Shown piece after piece: positions 35,617-43,758 of a stretch of DNA of 44,966 nt. The notes under the pieces were generated by a model, which saw only the letters and a list, made by a program, of their open reading frames with translations, was not told the origin of the DNA and did not search any database. The stretch is from a virus. Both the position numbers and the translations under genes were made by a program. The stretch is from IMG/VR virus record IMGVR_UViG_3300045988_027444; one strand, 5' to 3'. Each line of letters begins with the position of its first letter. Position 1 is the stretch's first letter.

Positions 35617-37662
35617 ATGGTAGAATTTTGGTCAAATAATGACCGTGGGTATCGCATCAGGCTGTGGATTGACCAAGTTGGAAAGAATGACGTAAATAAC
35701 ACTAGTGATGTGCGTGTTCGATTAGCATTGCTGAATCAAGGGTGGACATTTGCAAGCTATCAATGTTCTGGGTATGTTGATGGTTTTGGGCAACGAATTG
35801 ATTATTCAGGAAGCCCGGTGATGCTTAGCCGAAACTCAGAAATACAGTTGATTGACCGCACAATCACTGTAAGGCATGCTGATAATGGGTCTGGTGTCTT
35901 CGGTGTGCGTGCACATTTCAATGGCTCAGGTGGATACAGCCCTGGTAACCTAGACATCAGCAACCAAGATATAAAACTGACGCCGATTCCAAGGGGGAGC
36001 TCGGTGAGCGTCGCGGAAGGATTCATTGGCAATCAGGTAGATATCACTATTGACAGGAAATTAGCTGGTGCTACGCACACGCTACGCTATGCGTGGGGCA
36101 ACAAGCAAGGTAAAATTGCTGATAATGTTGGGACATCGTTTAAGTGGACAATCCCAGCGGATTTCGCAAACGACATACCGAATGCAACAACTGGCCGAGG
36201 TACTATATATGTCGATACTTATGTAGACGGCGAATTGATTCAGACGCAGTCAACAACACTAACAGCAAGCGTTGTTACAGACAACATGAAACCCTCATTC
36301 ACTGGGTTTACTTTGACAGATACAAATCCAACGACTCAAAGGATAATTCCAGAGCCAACACATTTCGTGTCCATCATGTCGCTTGTGAAAGTTGCGTTCA
36401 ACGGAGCCCAAGCAAAAAATGGAGCTGCAATAGCTGGGTATTATGCTGAAATTGTAGGTGCTAGCAATTCTGTATCTGCTAATGGCGGGGTATTTCGTGA
36501 GGTTTCTGTAAACAAAGATACCCAAATGACCTTAAGAGGAAGAGTTCAAGACTCTCGTGGGATTTGGTCCGATTGGAAAGAGACTAAAATAACGTTTCTA
36601 TTCTATTTCAGTCCAACGCTAAAATTTGAAGTTACCAGAAGTGGCTCAAAGTCAGATACACTAACCATTAAGAGGTTCGCTAAAATAGCGCCACTAAGCG
36701 TGAATGGCGTTCAAAAAAATACCATGAAGCTGACTTTTACAACAACAAAAGTAGGAACTAGCAATGTTGTAGCAGATAATGGATCAGCTGGTGGCGAATG
36801 GTCAAGCATTTCTGAATTTAAGGCATCTAATGCAAATTTGGGCAAGGAATACCCTGCGGATACCTCATTCATAGTCACAGGGAAACTAGAGGATAGATTT
36901 TCGCCCTCAGAATTTCAAACTACAGTTCCGACCGATAAACTGATTATGTCCTATGATCAACAAGGTGTGGGTATTGGTAAATATCGGGAAAATGGGGCGC
37001 TTGATGTCAACGGATTGATTTATTCAGGTTCAAAGCCAATCCAGCACCATAAGCTTACAGAAGTCCGAGGTGCTGCAATCATTGAATATAACAACACAAA
37101 CCTCGATGACTATAGAACGACAGGTTTCTTCTCGGTGATGAGTACGATGAAGAACTATCCTATCAGCAAACCTAAACCTACAGAGCAAGTAGGCTTCCTA
37201 GAAGTGATAGAGGGTTTGGGTGGCACCCATCAATCGCTGACAACAAGTTCTGGTAGGTTCTTCAAACGAACCCTAACGCAGAATACCGTTGGGAAATGGG
37301 TCGAATTCATGCAGCAAAACCAACCTGCGGTTAAAAAAGAAGTCCCAATCGGTTTCGGGGTAAAAGCGAACCTTGTGCGCCAATCGAACGTAGTAACCTT
37401 CAGCTTAATAAGAGATATCCACTCTGTTTTAGAGGGAGAACATAGAGAGCTGGATGAAAAAATTCCAAATGGATTCAAGCCTTGTGTGCAAACTCACTTG
37501 GTTGTAAATAAAAATGCAGCCAACGAGCACAAAGGATGTGCAGTGTGGCACCTTGAACCTGATGGAAACATGTATTTTTCAAACCAAAGTTCTGAAAATG
37601 CAGTCTACACAGGGACAGTCACTTACATAACCGAAGACGAATATCCAACGGTTGAAGAATAA
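35617..37662 (+). CDS. Tail fibre / receptor-binding structural protein (DUF859-like N-terminus)
   Basis: Synteny, plus the N-terminal pattern FWSNNDRGYRIRLWIDQV. Confidence 0.6.
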   Translation: MVEFWSNNDRGYRIRLWIDQVGKNDVNNTSDVRVRLALLNQGWTFASYQCSGYVDGFGQRIDYSGSPVMLSRNSEIQLIDRTITVRHADNGSGVFGVRAHFNGSGGYSPGNLDISNQDIKLTPIPRGSSVSVAEGFIGNQVDITIDRKLAGATHTLRYAWGNKQGKIADNVGTSFKWTIPADFANDIPNATTGRGTIYVDTYVDGELIQTQSTTLTASVVTDNMKPSFTGFTLTDTNPTTQRIIPEPTHFVSIMSLVKVAFNGAQAKNGAAIAGYYAEIVGASNSVSANGGVFREVSVNKDTQMTLRGRVQDSRGIWSDWKETKITFLFYFSPTLKFEVTRSGSKSDTLTIKRFAKIAPLSVNGVQKNTMKLTFTTTKVGTSNVVADNGSAGGEWSSISEFKASNANLGKEYPADTSFIVTGKLEDRFSPSEFQTTVPTDKLIMSYDQQGVGIGKYRENGALDVNGLIYSGSKPIQHHKLTEVRGAAIIEYNNTNLDDYRTTGFFSVMSTMKNYPISKPKPTEQVGFLEVIEGLGGTHQSLTTSSGRFFKRTLTQNTVGKWVEFMQQNQPAVKKEVPIGFGVKANLVRQSNVVTFSLIRDIHSVLEGEHRELDEKIPNGFKPCVQTHLVVNKNAANEHKGCAVWHLEPDGNMYFSNQSSENAVYTGTVTYITEDEYPTVEE

Positions 37663-37682
37663 AAAGAAAGGAAAATAATATC

Positions 37683-37952
37683 ATGTCACTTAAAATTACA
37701 AAACAACGCACAATCAATGCAGAATTTAACGTCGTAGAAGAAGGGACTACAGTTCTGGTTAAACAGACATACATCAGCATTGACGAGAATGCGGTATCTA
37801 GTGTTCAAGAGAATCTTATTAACGCTGAACTCTATGCTAAATATCGCAAACAAATGCGCAAAGATGAGCAAGAACTACGCAATCTTCGTTACAAAATTGA
37901 AGATGAAATTCTAGCAGAGTCCAACGGCACAGAGGTAAGCAATGAGCAATAA
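37683..37952 (+). CDS. Hypothetical protein, 89 aa
   Basis: ORF with an RBS, between the fibre and holin genes. Confidence 0.55.
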   Translation: MSLKITKQRTINAEFNVVEEGTTVLVKQTYISIDENAVSSVQENLINAELYAKYRKQMRKDEQELRNLRYKIEDEILAESNGTEVSNEQ

Positions 37953-38370
37953 ACCAGATGGCATTTTTGGGCTCTTTGATGTAGTTCGAGACTTCTATGC
38001 GCACGGTATTGATGAGCACCCATGGGTGCTCTTTCTCGTCATCGTCATCTTCTCAGACATTGCTGTGGGTGTATCTAGGGCGTGGGCTGCTCACGAACTT
38101 TCGAGTACAAAATTTCGCAAAGGAGCAGTCAGCCACACAGCAATGATTGTGTTTGTGGCAATATTCTATCCATTTGCAAATTTCATGAATTTGACGAGCA
38201 TCGTTGATACATTCATTTTTTCCATGATTGCGGCTTACGGCTCTAGTATTTTGGCTAGTCTATCAGCACTAGGGGTGGAAATCCCTTATATCGATAAGTA
38301 TGTTAAGAGAAACATCGACAAAGAAAAGTTTTTTTTGAAAGAAGAAAAGGAGAACAGTAACAATGATTAA
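37942..38370 (+). CDS. Holin (three-TM, phage_holin_4-like)
   Basis: Three hydrophobic helices and a charged C-terminus, upstream of the lysin. Confidence 0.75.
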   Translation: MSNKPDGIFGLFDVVRDFYAHGIDEHPWVLFLVIVIFSDIAVGVSRAWAAHELSSTKFRKGAVSHTAMIVFVAIFYPFANFMNLTSIVDTFIFSMIAAYGSSILASLSALGVEIPYIDKYVKRNIDKEKFFLKEEKENSNND

Positions 38371-38593
38371 TTTTAAACTACGTTTGCAAAACAAGGCTAC
38401 TTTGGTAGCTCTTATCTCAGCAATCTTTTTGATGTTGCAACAATTCGGACTTGAGATTCCACACAATATCCAAGAGGGGGTTAATACTTTCGTTGTGATC
38501 TTGGTAATTTTGGGTATCGTTACAGACCCAACGACTAAGGGTCTTGGAGATAGTGAACAAGCCTTGGGCTACCACGAACCAAAACAAGATTAA
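38363..38593 (+). CDS. Second holin (phi LC3 / LL-H-like small holin)
   Basis: The MINFKLRLQNKATLVALISAIFLMLQ N-terminus is typical of this family. Two TM helices. Confidence 0.75.
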   Translation: MINFKLRLQNKATLVALISAIFLMLQQFGLEIPHNIQEGVNTFVVILVILGIVTDPTTKGLGDSEQALGYHEPKQD

Positions 38594-38615
38594 TTGAACG
38601 AAGGAGATATTAACA

Positions 38616-39335
38616 ATGAGTAAAATTGAATCAAGTATCGCACGTATGTATCACTTACAATCAATCCCAGTACATTACGACATGGGCGACCGTTACGGAA
38701 ATGATGCTGACGGAGATGGACGCATTGAATTTGACTGCTCATCAGCGGTAAGCTATGCACTTGAAATCAGCTTAAATAACAACACAGAGTCACTTCAACA
38801 AGCACTACCAGCAATTGGCTATGCGAAGGTGTTTGACGCTGTAGATGGCACGTTTGATGGCCAACGTGGAGATGTCGTTATTTGGGCACCTCGTGACGGC
38901 TCAAGCTCTCTCGGTGCATTTGGGCACGTACTTATCATGACTAGCGATAGCACAGCTATTCACTGCAACTATGGCATGGACGGTGTGACTGAAAACGACT
39001 ATAATTATATCTGGGATCTAAACGGTCGTCCTCGTGAAATTGTCTTCCGTGAGAGTGGAACACCTCTCCCTGCACCAGCCCAAAGCGAATTTGAGCGTGA
39101 ATTAGATGTTAATACCCGCTTAGAGAAGTCAGACAAGCCTTATTATGAAGGCACTCTTACCACTGACTACTACGTTGAAGCCGGTCCTCGCATCGATAGC
39201 CAAGACAAGGAATTCCTCCCAGCAGGCACACGAGTCCGTGTTTACGAGAAACTAAACGGCTGGTCTCGAATCAACCACCCAGACAGTGCGCAATGGGTTG
39301 AAGATCAGTACTTGGACGATTGCACGGAAATGTAA
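38616..39335 (+). CDS. Endolysin: Amidase_5/NlpC-P60-like cysteine peptidoglycan hydrolase plus a C-terminal SH3b-like wall-binding domain
   Basis: Catalytic Cys context FDCSSAV and His context FGHVLIM. The C-terminal GTRVRVYEKLNGWSRI is SH3-like. Confidence 0.8.
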   Translation: MSKIESSIARMYHLQSIPVHYDMGDRYGNDADGDGRIEFDCSSAVSYALEISLNNNTESLQQALPAIGYAKVFDAVDGTFDGQRGDVVIWAPRDGSSSLGAFGHVLIMTSDSTAIHCNYGMDGVTENDYNYIWDLNGRPREIVFRESGTPLPAPAQSEFERELDVNTRLEKSDKPYYEGTLTTDYYVEAGPRIDSQDKEFLPAGTRVRVYEKLNGWSRINHPDSAQWVEDQYLDDCTEM

Positions 39336-39421
39336 TAAATAGACCACGAAACAAAATAAAATAAAAGGAGTATATCACCTCCCCTCAGGCTGCAATAGGG
39401 ATATCATGGTGGTAGTGGTCG

Positions 39422-39449
39422 AGCCTCAGCGTTTGCTGGGGCTTTTTTT
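39422..39449 (+). terminator. Late-operon intrinsic terminator
   Basis: A 9-bp stem agcctcagc/gctggggct, loop gttt, then T7. Confidence 0.8.
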
Positions 39450-39484
39450 ATTTATTTGTGTTATAATAAATATCCATCATAGGC

Positions 39485-39519
39485 AAAGAGCTACGAGGTT
39501 ATCTCATAGCTCTTTTTTT
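39485..39519 (+). terminator. Second intrinsic terminator
   Basis: aaagagcta...tagctcttt with an inner gag/ctc extension, followed by a T-run. Confidence 0.75.
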
Positions 39520-39596
39520 ATTTGTGATTCCCGTAGATAAGTGATACTATAGTCGGTGGAATACTTGGCGTCTTTCGATAAATATTCTTGAACTGT

Positions 39597-39620
39597 CCCG
39601 GCTTTATGCCGGGCTTTTTT
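39597..39620 (+). terminator. Third intrinsic terminator
   Basis: cccggc-tttat-gccggg, then cTTTTTT. Confidence 0.8.
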
Positions 39621-39657
39621 ATTTTGCAAAAAAACTTAAATTTCTTTATCAAAAGTG

Positions 39658-39686
39658 TTGACAATTTATAGTATATGTACTATAAT
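39658..39686 (+). promoter_or_regulatory. Perfect consensus sigma-70 promoter (TTGACA-17-TATAAT) for the moron pair
   Basis: TTGACA at 39658-39663, an exactly 17-nt spacer, and TATAAT at 39681-39686. Confidence 0.8.
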
Positions 39687-39739
39687 ATAAATGAAGATAA
39701 GGAAAGGGAGAACAAAAGAAGTTCTCAAGGTAAAACAAA

Positions 39740-40036
39740 ATGAAAAACGGTCAAACAATTTTAGGTTCTCGATACACAGACGAGATCAAAAACAATTCTG
39801 CAACAGCAAGCAAAATGTTCAATCTTTCTAAAAAATTGGAAAATGATAATTTGCGAGAAATCCACAAAGCGTTGTACGGTTTGTTAACAGCTGGCTACGA
39901 CATCAGCAACATGCGTAACGTCGAAGAACTTGAAAAATACGTGAATGTTAAAAAATCTCACGGCAAATTGTTAGATGTCACTAACGATGACATTGAGTTA
40001 TATCATAAATTATTCGTCGCTAGATTTGGAAAGTGA
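39740..40036 (+). CDS. Moron protein 1, unknown function (98 aa)
   Basis: ORF downstream of the consensus promoter. The RBS is weak and no motif is recognised. Confidence 0.6.
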   Translation: MKNGQTILGSRYTDEIKNNSATASKMFNLSKKLENDNLREIHKALYGLLTAGYDISNMRNVEELEKYVNVKKSHGKLLDVTNDDIELYHKLFVARFGK

Positions 40037-40045
40037 GTAGATCGC

Positions 40046-40228
40046 ATGGACGCACAAGCAAAGGCCACTAAGAAGTGGAATGCAAACAATAGAGAGCATA
40101 GAAATTATCTCTCTAAAAGGTCGTCCGCTCGTAGCTTTATCAGAAATCATGCTACGGGTTCGGATTTGAACGAACTAGAGGAGCTTATCGCAGAAAGACG
40201 TTGTAATCTGGGAACGATAAAAGACTAG
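40046..40228 (+). CDS. Moron protein 2, small basic protein (60 aa)
   Basis: ORF 9 nt after moron gene 1. Lys/Arg/Asn-rich N-terminus and acidic helix (DLNELEELIAE). Confidence 0.55.
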   Translation: MDAQAKATKKWNANNREHRNYLSKRSSARSFIRNHATGSDLNELEELIAERRCNLGTIKD

Positions 40229-40348
40229 GGATATCCTAGCCTTTTTTGTGTATTCATGATAAATCGTTAGACATTTAATCTAAATAAAGGTACACTATAG
40301 ATGTATTTTAGGCGATTGCGTGCCGAATGTTTTTGTTTTTTCATGTCG

Positions 40349-40378
40349 CTTGGTAGCTCATGCTGCCAAGTCTTTTTT
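40349..40378 (+). terminator. Orphan plus-strand terminator in the attP region
   Basis: cttggtagc-tcat-gctgccaag forms a 9-bp stem with one G.U pair, followed by tcTTTTTT. Confidence 0.6.
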
Positions 40379-40383
40379 ATAAA

Positions 40384-40402
40384 AGGGGGCAAATAAGGGG
40401 CA
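40384..40402 (+). repeat. AAGGGGCAA direct repeat pair (putative integrase arm-type sites)
   Basis: gggggcaaataaggggcaa. The same 9-mer recurs twice at 40601-40620. Confidence 0.45.
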
Positions 40403-40540
40403 ATAAGTGTAAACTTTAGTAACTTTATGAGTGTTTTACCGGCTATATCTTACACGCATATATCCTTATTTAATAGGTTTTCTTCCTATTATATACGCAT
40501 TTAAAAACCGATTAACTTTCCCGCACAGTAAAATAAGATT

Positions 40541-40597
40541 TAAAGAAAAAGCCTATCATATCAAGGTTTAAACCTTGGTAGATAGGTCTTTTTTTAT
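40541..40597. terminator. Bidirectional terminator downstream of int
   Basis: cctatc...gatagg encloses the perfect palindrome caaggtttaaaccttg. An A-run lies on one side and T7 on the other. Confidence 0.7.
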
Positions 40598-41772
40598 TCT
40601 AAGGGGCAAGAAAGGGGCAAGTTATCAATGATTTCAACTACCTTATTCTTCATTTTGTTGGTGACGTGAGTATAAATCTTCATCGTTGTATCACTGTCAT
40701 CATGCCCAACTCTATCCATGATAGCCTTTAACGGGACGCCATTCTCAGCTAGATAACTGACCAGCGTATGCCTGAAGATATGTGATGATATTGGTTTGTT
40801 AATTGGCTTATCTAGTCGCTTGTTAGCTGCTTGAATAGAATTGTTAAATGAGTTTCGTTGAAGTGGTACGCCCTTGTCAGTCACAAAAATATAATCCCTA
40901 TCCATGGTCACCCAATCGTCTGATAGCGACCTGTTTAGATCCCGAATCTGTATAGCTTCATCTAGTAATTCAATTTCACGCTTGGTTAGTTTATTGCTAC
41001 GATAGCCTGCTGGGGTCTTAGGTGGTTCCTTTTTTGCTCTCTTGTAGCCCTGGACGCTATCCAGGGTGCCAAAAATATCAAGGTATCCGTCCTCTTTTCT
41101 GTAATTGCACGTTTCAAGGGCTACCGCTTCACCGATTCGAGCACCGCTGACAAAGAGAAACTCTGCAAGGATGGCATTTCTATAAGTGCGTTTTTGCTTT
41201 CGTAATTCTGCAAGTAGCGGAAGTAGTTCAGTGTCTATCTCTAGAAACTTATTTCTTATCTTGTCGTAATCTTCCATCGTTTGCTGTTTCTTGGGAAGTT
41301 TTGCTTGCCTTGCAGGATTGCTAGGAATGTAACCAACGGTGCAAGCGTAATCGAAGGTTAGATTCAATATAGATTTAACACGCTCAAGGATTGAACGTGG
41401 AACATCGGCATCGTTGATAAAGCGTTGGATATAGTGTGTATCAATGTTTGCTATTTTGACATCTACAGCGAAATTCTCTTCGACATACCTGACATTGCTG
41501 GTCATGGAACTAATCGAAGTCCTTCGAATGCCTTTCTTGTGAAATTCCCACCACTCGCTCAACACATCGTTAAATGATGCGTCGGTAGTGTTTAAGCCAG
41601 CCATCTTTTCAGCTATCTTATCATCCAGTAAGCGTTGAGCCTCTTTCTTTGCTCGATTTGAGCCACTGTTGAGCGTAACAGATACCCGTCTCCATTTCTC
41701 AGTGTAAGTGTCCTTGTATCTTTCAAAATATTTATATTTTCCATTCGGTAATTCTTCTACCCACATTGTCAT
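40594..41772 (-). CDS. int: Tyrosine recombinase / phage integrase
   Basis: The C-terminal catalytic set is ..GARIGE.., HIFRHT and GHDDSDTTMKIYTHV. The RBS is AGGAGA. Confidence 0.9.
   Translation of the reverse strand: MTMWVEELPNGKYKYFERYKDTYTEKWRRVSVTLNSGSNRAKKEAQRLLDDKIAEKMAGLNTTDASFNDVLSEWWEFHKKGIRRTSISSMTSNVRYVEENFAVDVKIANIDTHYIQRFINDADVPRSILERVKSILNLTFDYACTVGYIPSNPARQAKLPKKQQTMEDYDKIRNKFLEIDTELLPLLAELRKQKRTYRNAILAEFLFVSGARIGEAVALETCNYRKEDGYLDIFGTLDSVQGYKRAKKEPPKTPAGYRSNKLTKREIELLDEAIQIRDLNRSLSDDWVTMDRDYIFVTDKGVPLQRNSFNNSIQAANKRLDKPINKPISSHIFRHTLVSYLAENGVPLKAIMDRVGHDDSDTTMKIYTHVTNKMKNKVVEIIDNLPLSCPLE
40601..40620 (+). repeat. AAGGGGCAA direct repeat pair inside the last codons of int
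   Basis: aaggggcaagaaaggggcaa, which encodes LPLSCPL on the minus strand. Confidence 0.45.
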
Positions 41773-41850
41773 ATCTCCTATTATTTGGTAAAATGGGTAC
41801 AGAAAAAAGACTCATTGTTTTACCTGAGTTTTTGTTTCTGTGATTCATAA

Positions 41851-41895
41851 GCTCTATAATCTAACTTTGGCGAGGGAGATTATAGGGCTTTTTTT
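41851..41895 (+). terminator. Strong plus-strand intrinsic terminator between two minus-strand genes
   Basis: A 12-bp stem gctctataatct/agattatagggc with one G.U pair, a 14-nt loop, then T7 on the plus strand only. Confidence 0.65.
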
Positions 41896-41901
41896 ATTGT
41901 C

Positions 41902-42534
41902 TTATTTAACCTTGACTTTCATTTCTCCATTAAGTTTTTGACTTGCAATAGCACTGCCATCATCCGCTTTAATGTGAAACATTGGATAGCGCTCATAATT
42001 GACATTGTTAATTGCAGCCCAAACGTTAAATGCTTCATGTTCTTTGGCAAGCATGCCATCAGCGAATTTTTGTAAATCGGTTTTGTCATAGTATTTATAA
42101 TCAACAGGTACCGACATATACAAAATGGTATCACGATTATAAAAACCATATTGACTAATATCTACACCTTTTTCTGTCAAATCTTTTTGGAAGTATTCGA
42201 TAAAGCTAGCCATTTGATCAGCGGTAACATCTTTAGGGCCATCTGAAGAACTTGATTCTTTAGTTTCGCTTTTAGATTCTTTTTCTTCGGAAGAGCTTGA
42301 TTCTTTTGAAGCCTTCTCCTCTCGTTGAGGGTTAGACAAGTCTGAACTACTGCTGGTTTTAGTCTTGGTTTTGGTTTTTGGCTTAGAAGAAGACGTTTGG
42401 ACAGTCTTGACTGGTTCTGTCTTCGTTTCTGGAGCGATACCAGTTATTTCAAAAAACTTACCAAGTACAGCCAAACCTAATATGACAACAACCCACTTTT
42501 GCCAGCGTTTCAAATTCTTCCATTTACTCAACAT
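41902..42534 (-). CDS. N-terminally membrane-anchored protein with a Ser/Lys/Glu-rich linker and a ~110-aa extracellular domain
   Basis: TM helix WVVVILGLAVLGKFF, low-complexity linker, RBS AAGGAG 8 nt upstream. Located between immA and int. Confidence 0.7.
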   Translation of the reverse strand: MLSKWKNLKRWQKWVVVILGLAVLGKFFEITGIAPETKTEPVKTVQTSSSKPKTKTKTKTSSSSDLSNPQREEKASKESSSSEEKESKSETKESSSSDGPKDVTADQMASFIEYFQKDLTEKGVDISQYGFYNRDTILYMSVPVDYKYYDKTDLQKFADGMLAKEHEAFNVWAAINNVNYERYPMFHIKADDGSAIASQKLNGEMKVKVK

Positions 42535-42536
42535 TT

Positions 42537-42905
42537 TTAAATCTCCTTTAGTTTTAGATATTCATTTTTTACAAAAGTCTCATCACAAATAGTGGTGAGA
42601 TTATATTTTTCCATAAAGTGGACGTAGTTGAAGTCGTCCAGGGATTCGTTTTCGAGCAATCCACGGATCATGTCTCTATTAGCTTGAGCCTCATACTTTT
42701 CTCGCAGACGCTCATAGTGTTTAGGATCGTGTTCTAGGTGGCCTAATTCGTGCAGTAGGACCTTTAAACGTCTTTCGACGGGTAAATCCCTATTGATGTA
42801 AACCACACGGTTAACAGGGTCTAGAAACCCATCTCGTGGCCACTGGCTAGAGTCGAACTCACAAAGAGACACGTTGAACTGCTCAAGTAATTCTTTTTCA
42901 GGCAT
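42537..42905 (-). CDS. ImmA/IrrE-family zinc metallopeptidase
   Basis: HEXXH motif LLHELGHLEH. Size and location in the lysogeny module. Confidence 0.85.
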   Translation of the reverse strand: MPEKELLEQFNVSLCEFDSSQWPRDGFLDPVNRVVYINRDLPVERRLKVLLHELGHLEHDPKHYERLREKYEAQANRDMIRGLLENESLDDFNYVHFMEKYNLTTICDETFVKNEYLKLKEI

Positions 42906-43046
42906 AGCTTCCTCGTATCGGTTTCTATAAAAAACAAAAGAGCCAATCCAACAAACGAACTGGCCCTTTTTAGACGTTTTGTTCCCTTACACTTGCGCAC
43001 GCACAAGCCATAGGGCGCTGAACTTAATCAGTCTTCCACTAAAAAT

Positions 43047-43075
43047 AGTCTACAAAATGTTTTATTTATTGTCAA
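43047..43075 (-). promoter_or_regulatory. Minus-strand promoter for immA, the membrane-protein gene and possibly int
   Basis: Reverse complement gives TTGACA (43070-43075), a 17-nt spacer and TAGACT (43047-43052). The adjacent palindrome aatgttt..aaacatt (43075-43099) overlaps the first base of the -35. Confidence 0.5.
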
Positions 43076-43185
43076 TGTTTTTACAAAAAAGTAAACATTT
43101 TAACCAGTTCTGGTATTTTCGTGTAATCAGATGCATACCTTTGCATTCAGTCAATAAGATTTTGAATTTTCAAGCCTTGATGATA

Positions 43186-43758
43186 TTATTTGCCGAACCA
43201 GACAGGAATAGCAATACCGGCAAGAGCTACAAGGATACCAATAAACCAATAAGTGAATTCTTTTCTATTCTTGGCTTGTTCCTCGAGTTGCCTATTGGTT
43301 TGTGCTAAGAACATGTTTTCCATGCGTTGACCAAAGGTATCAAATTTAGCGTCAATCTTTTGGTCCATCATCTGGAATTTTAAGTCCAGTTCGTTTTTGG
43401 CGTACATGTCGTCTAGTTTGTTTTCAATTTTTTCAATACGACGCCCTAACTGATCAGTGCGAAGAGATAGCTCAGTCTTATCTTGATTTAAGCTCTGGGC
43501 TGTTTGTTGAAGGAAATGTTGAGTGTTTTCTTCGTTCTTTTCCAATCTTTGCTCCAGCGCTTGAATATCCAGCTCACGATACAAGTCAATAGCCATTTGT
43601 CTTACCTCATCTATTTGATTTTGTAAATCCATTATATCACTTGCATGGGGTGTTTGGGTGTTGATTCTTTTGCTAGAGTTTATAGAAGTCACCTTAGACG
43701 GTCTAGCGCTTGCAGTGGCATTTGTTTCAGGAACTTCGATATCTTGAGTGTTATTCAT
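43186..43758 (-). CDS. Unknown tail-anchored coiled-coil membrane protein (190 aa)
   Basis: Disordered N-terminus, long coiled coil, and a single C-terminal TM helix FTYWFIGILVALAGIAIPVWF. Its start overlaps the upstream stop by 8 nt. Confidence 0.7.
   Translation of the reverse strand: MNNTQDIEVPETNATASARPSKVTSINSSKRINTQTPHASDIMDLQNQIDEVRQMAIDLYRELDIQALEQRLEKNEENTQHFLQQTAQSLNQDKTELSLRTDQLGRRIEKIENKLDDMYAKNELDLKFQMMDQKIDAKFDTFGQRMENMFLAQTNRQLEEQAKNRKEFTYWFIGILVALAGIAIPVWFGK

Noticed and set aside
32294-37662. A diversity-generating retroelement acting on the repetitive tail genes.
   Set aside because: There is no reverse transcriptase anywhere in the genome. The repeats are diverged tandem duplications, not a template/variable repeat pair with adenine-specific differences.
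39691-39834. A possible leaderless ~47-aa ORF starting 5 nt after the consensus -10.
   Set aside because: The ATG is slightly too close to the -10 for the expected start site. The peptide is highly basic and low-complexity, and it overlaps the better 98-aa ORF in another frame.
41773-41850. A 16-aa plus-strand ORF upstream of int.
   Set aside because: No RBS. The region is better explained as the int promoter and leader.
42979-43308. A 109-aa plus-strand ORF spans the immA promoter spacer.
   Set aside because: It starts in intergenic DNA without an RBS and runs antisense into orf190. The peptide is hydrophobic and low-complexity.
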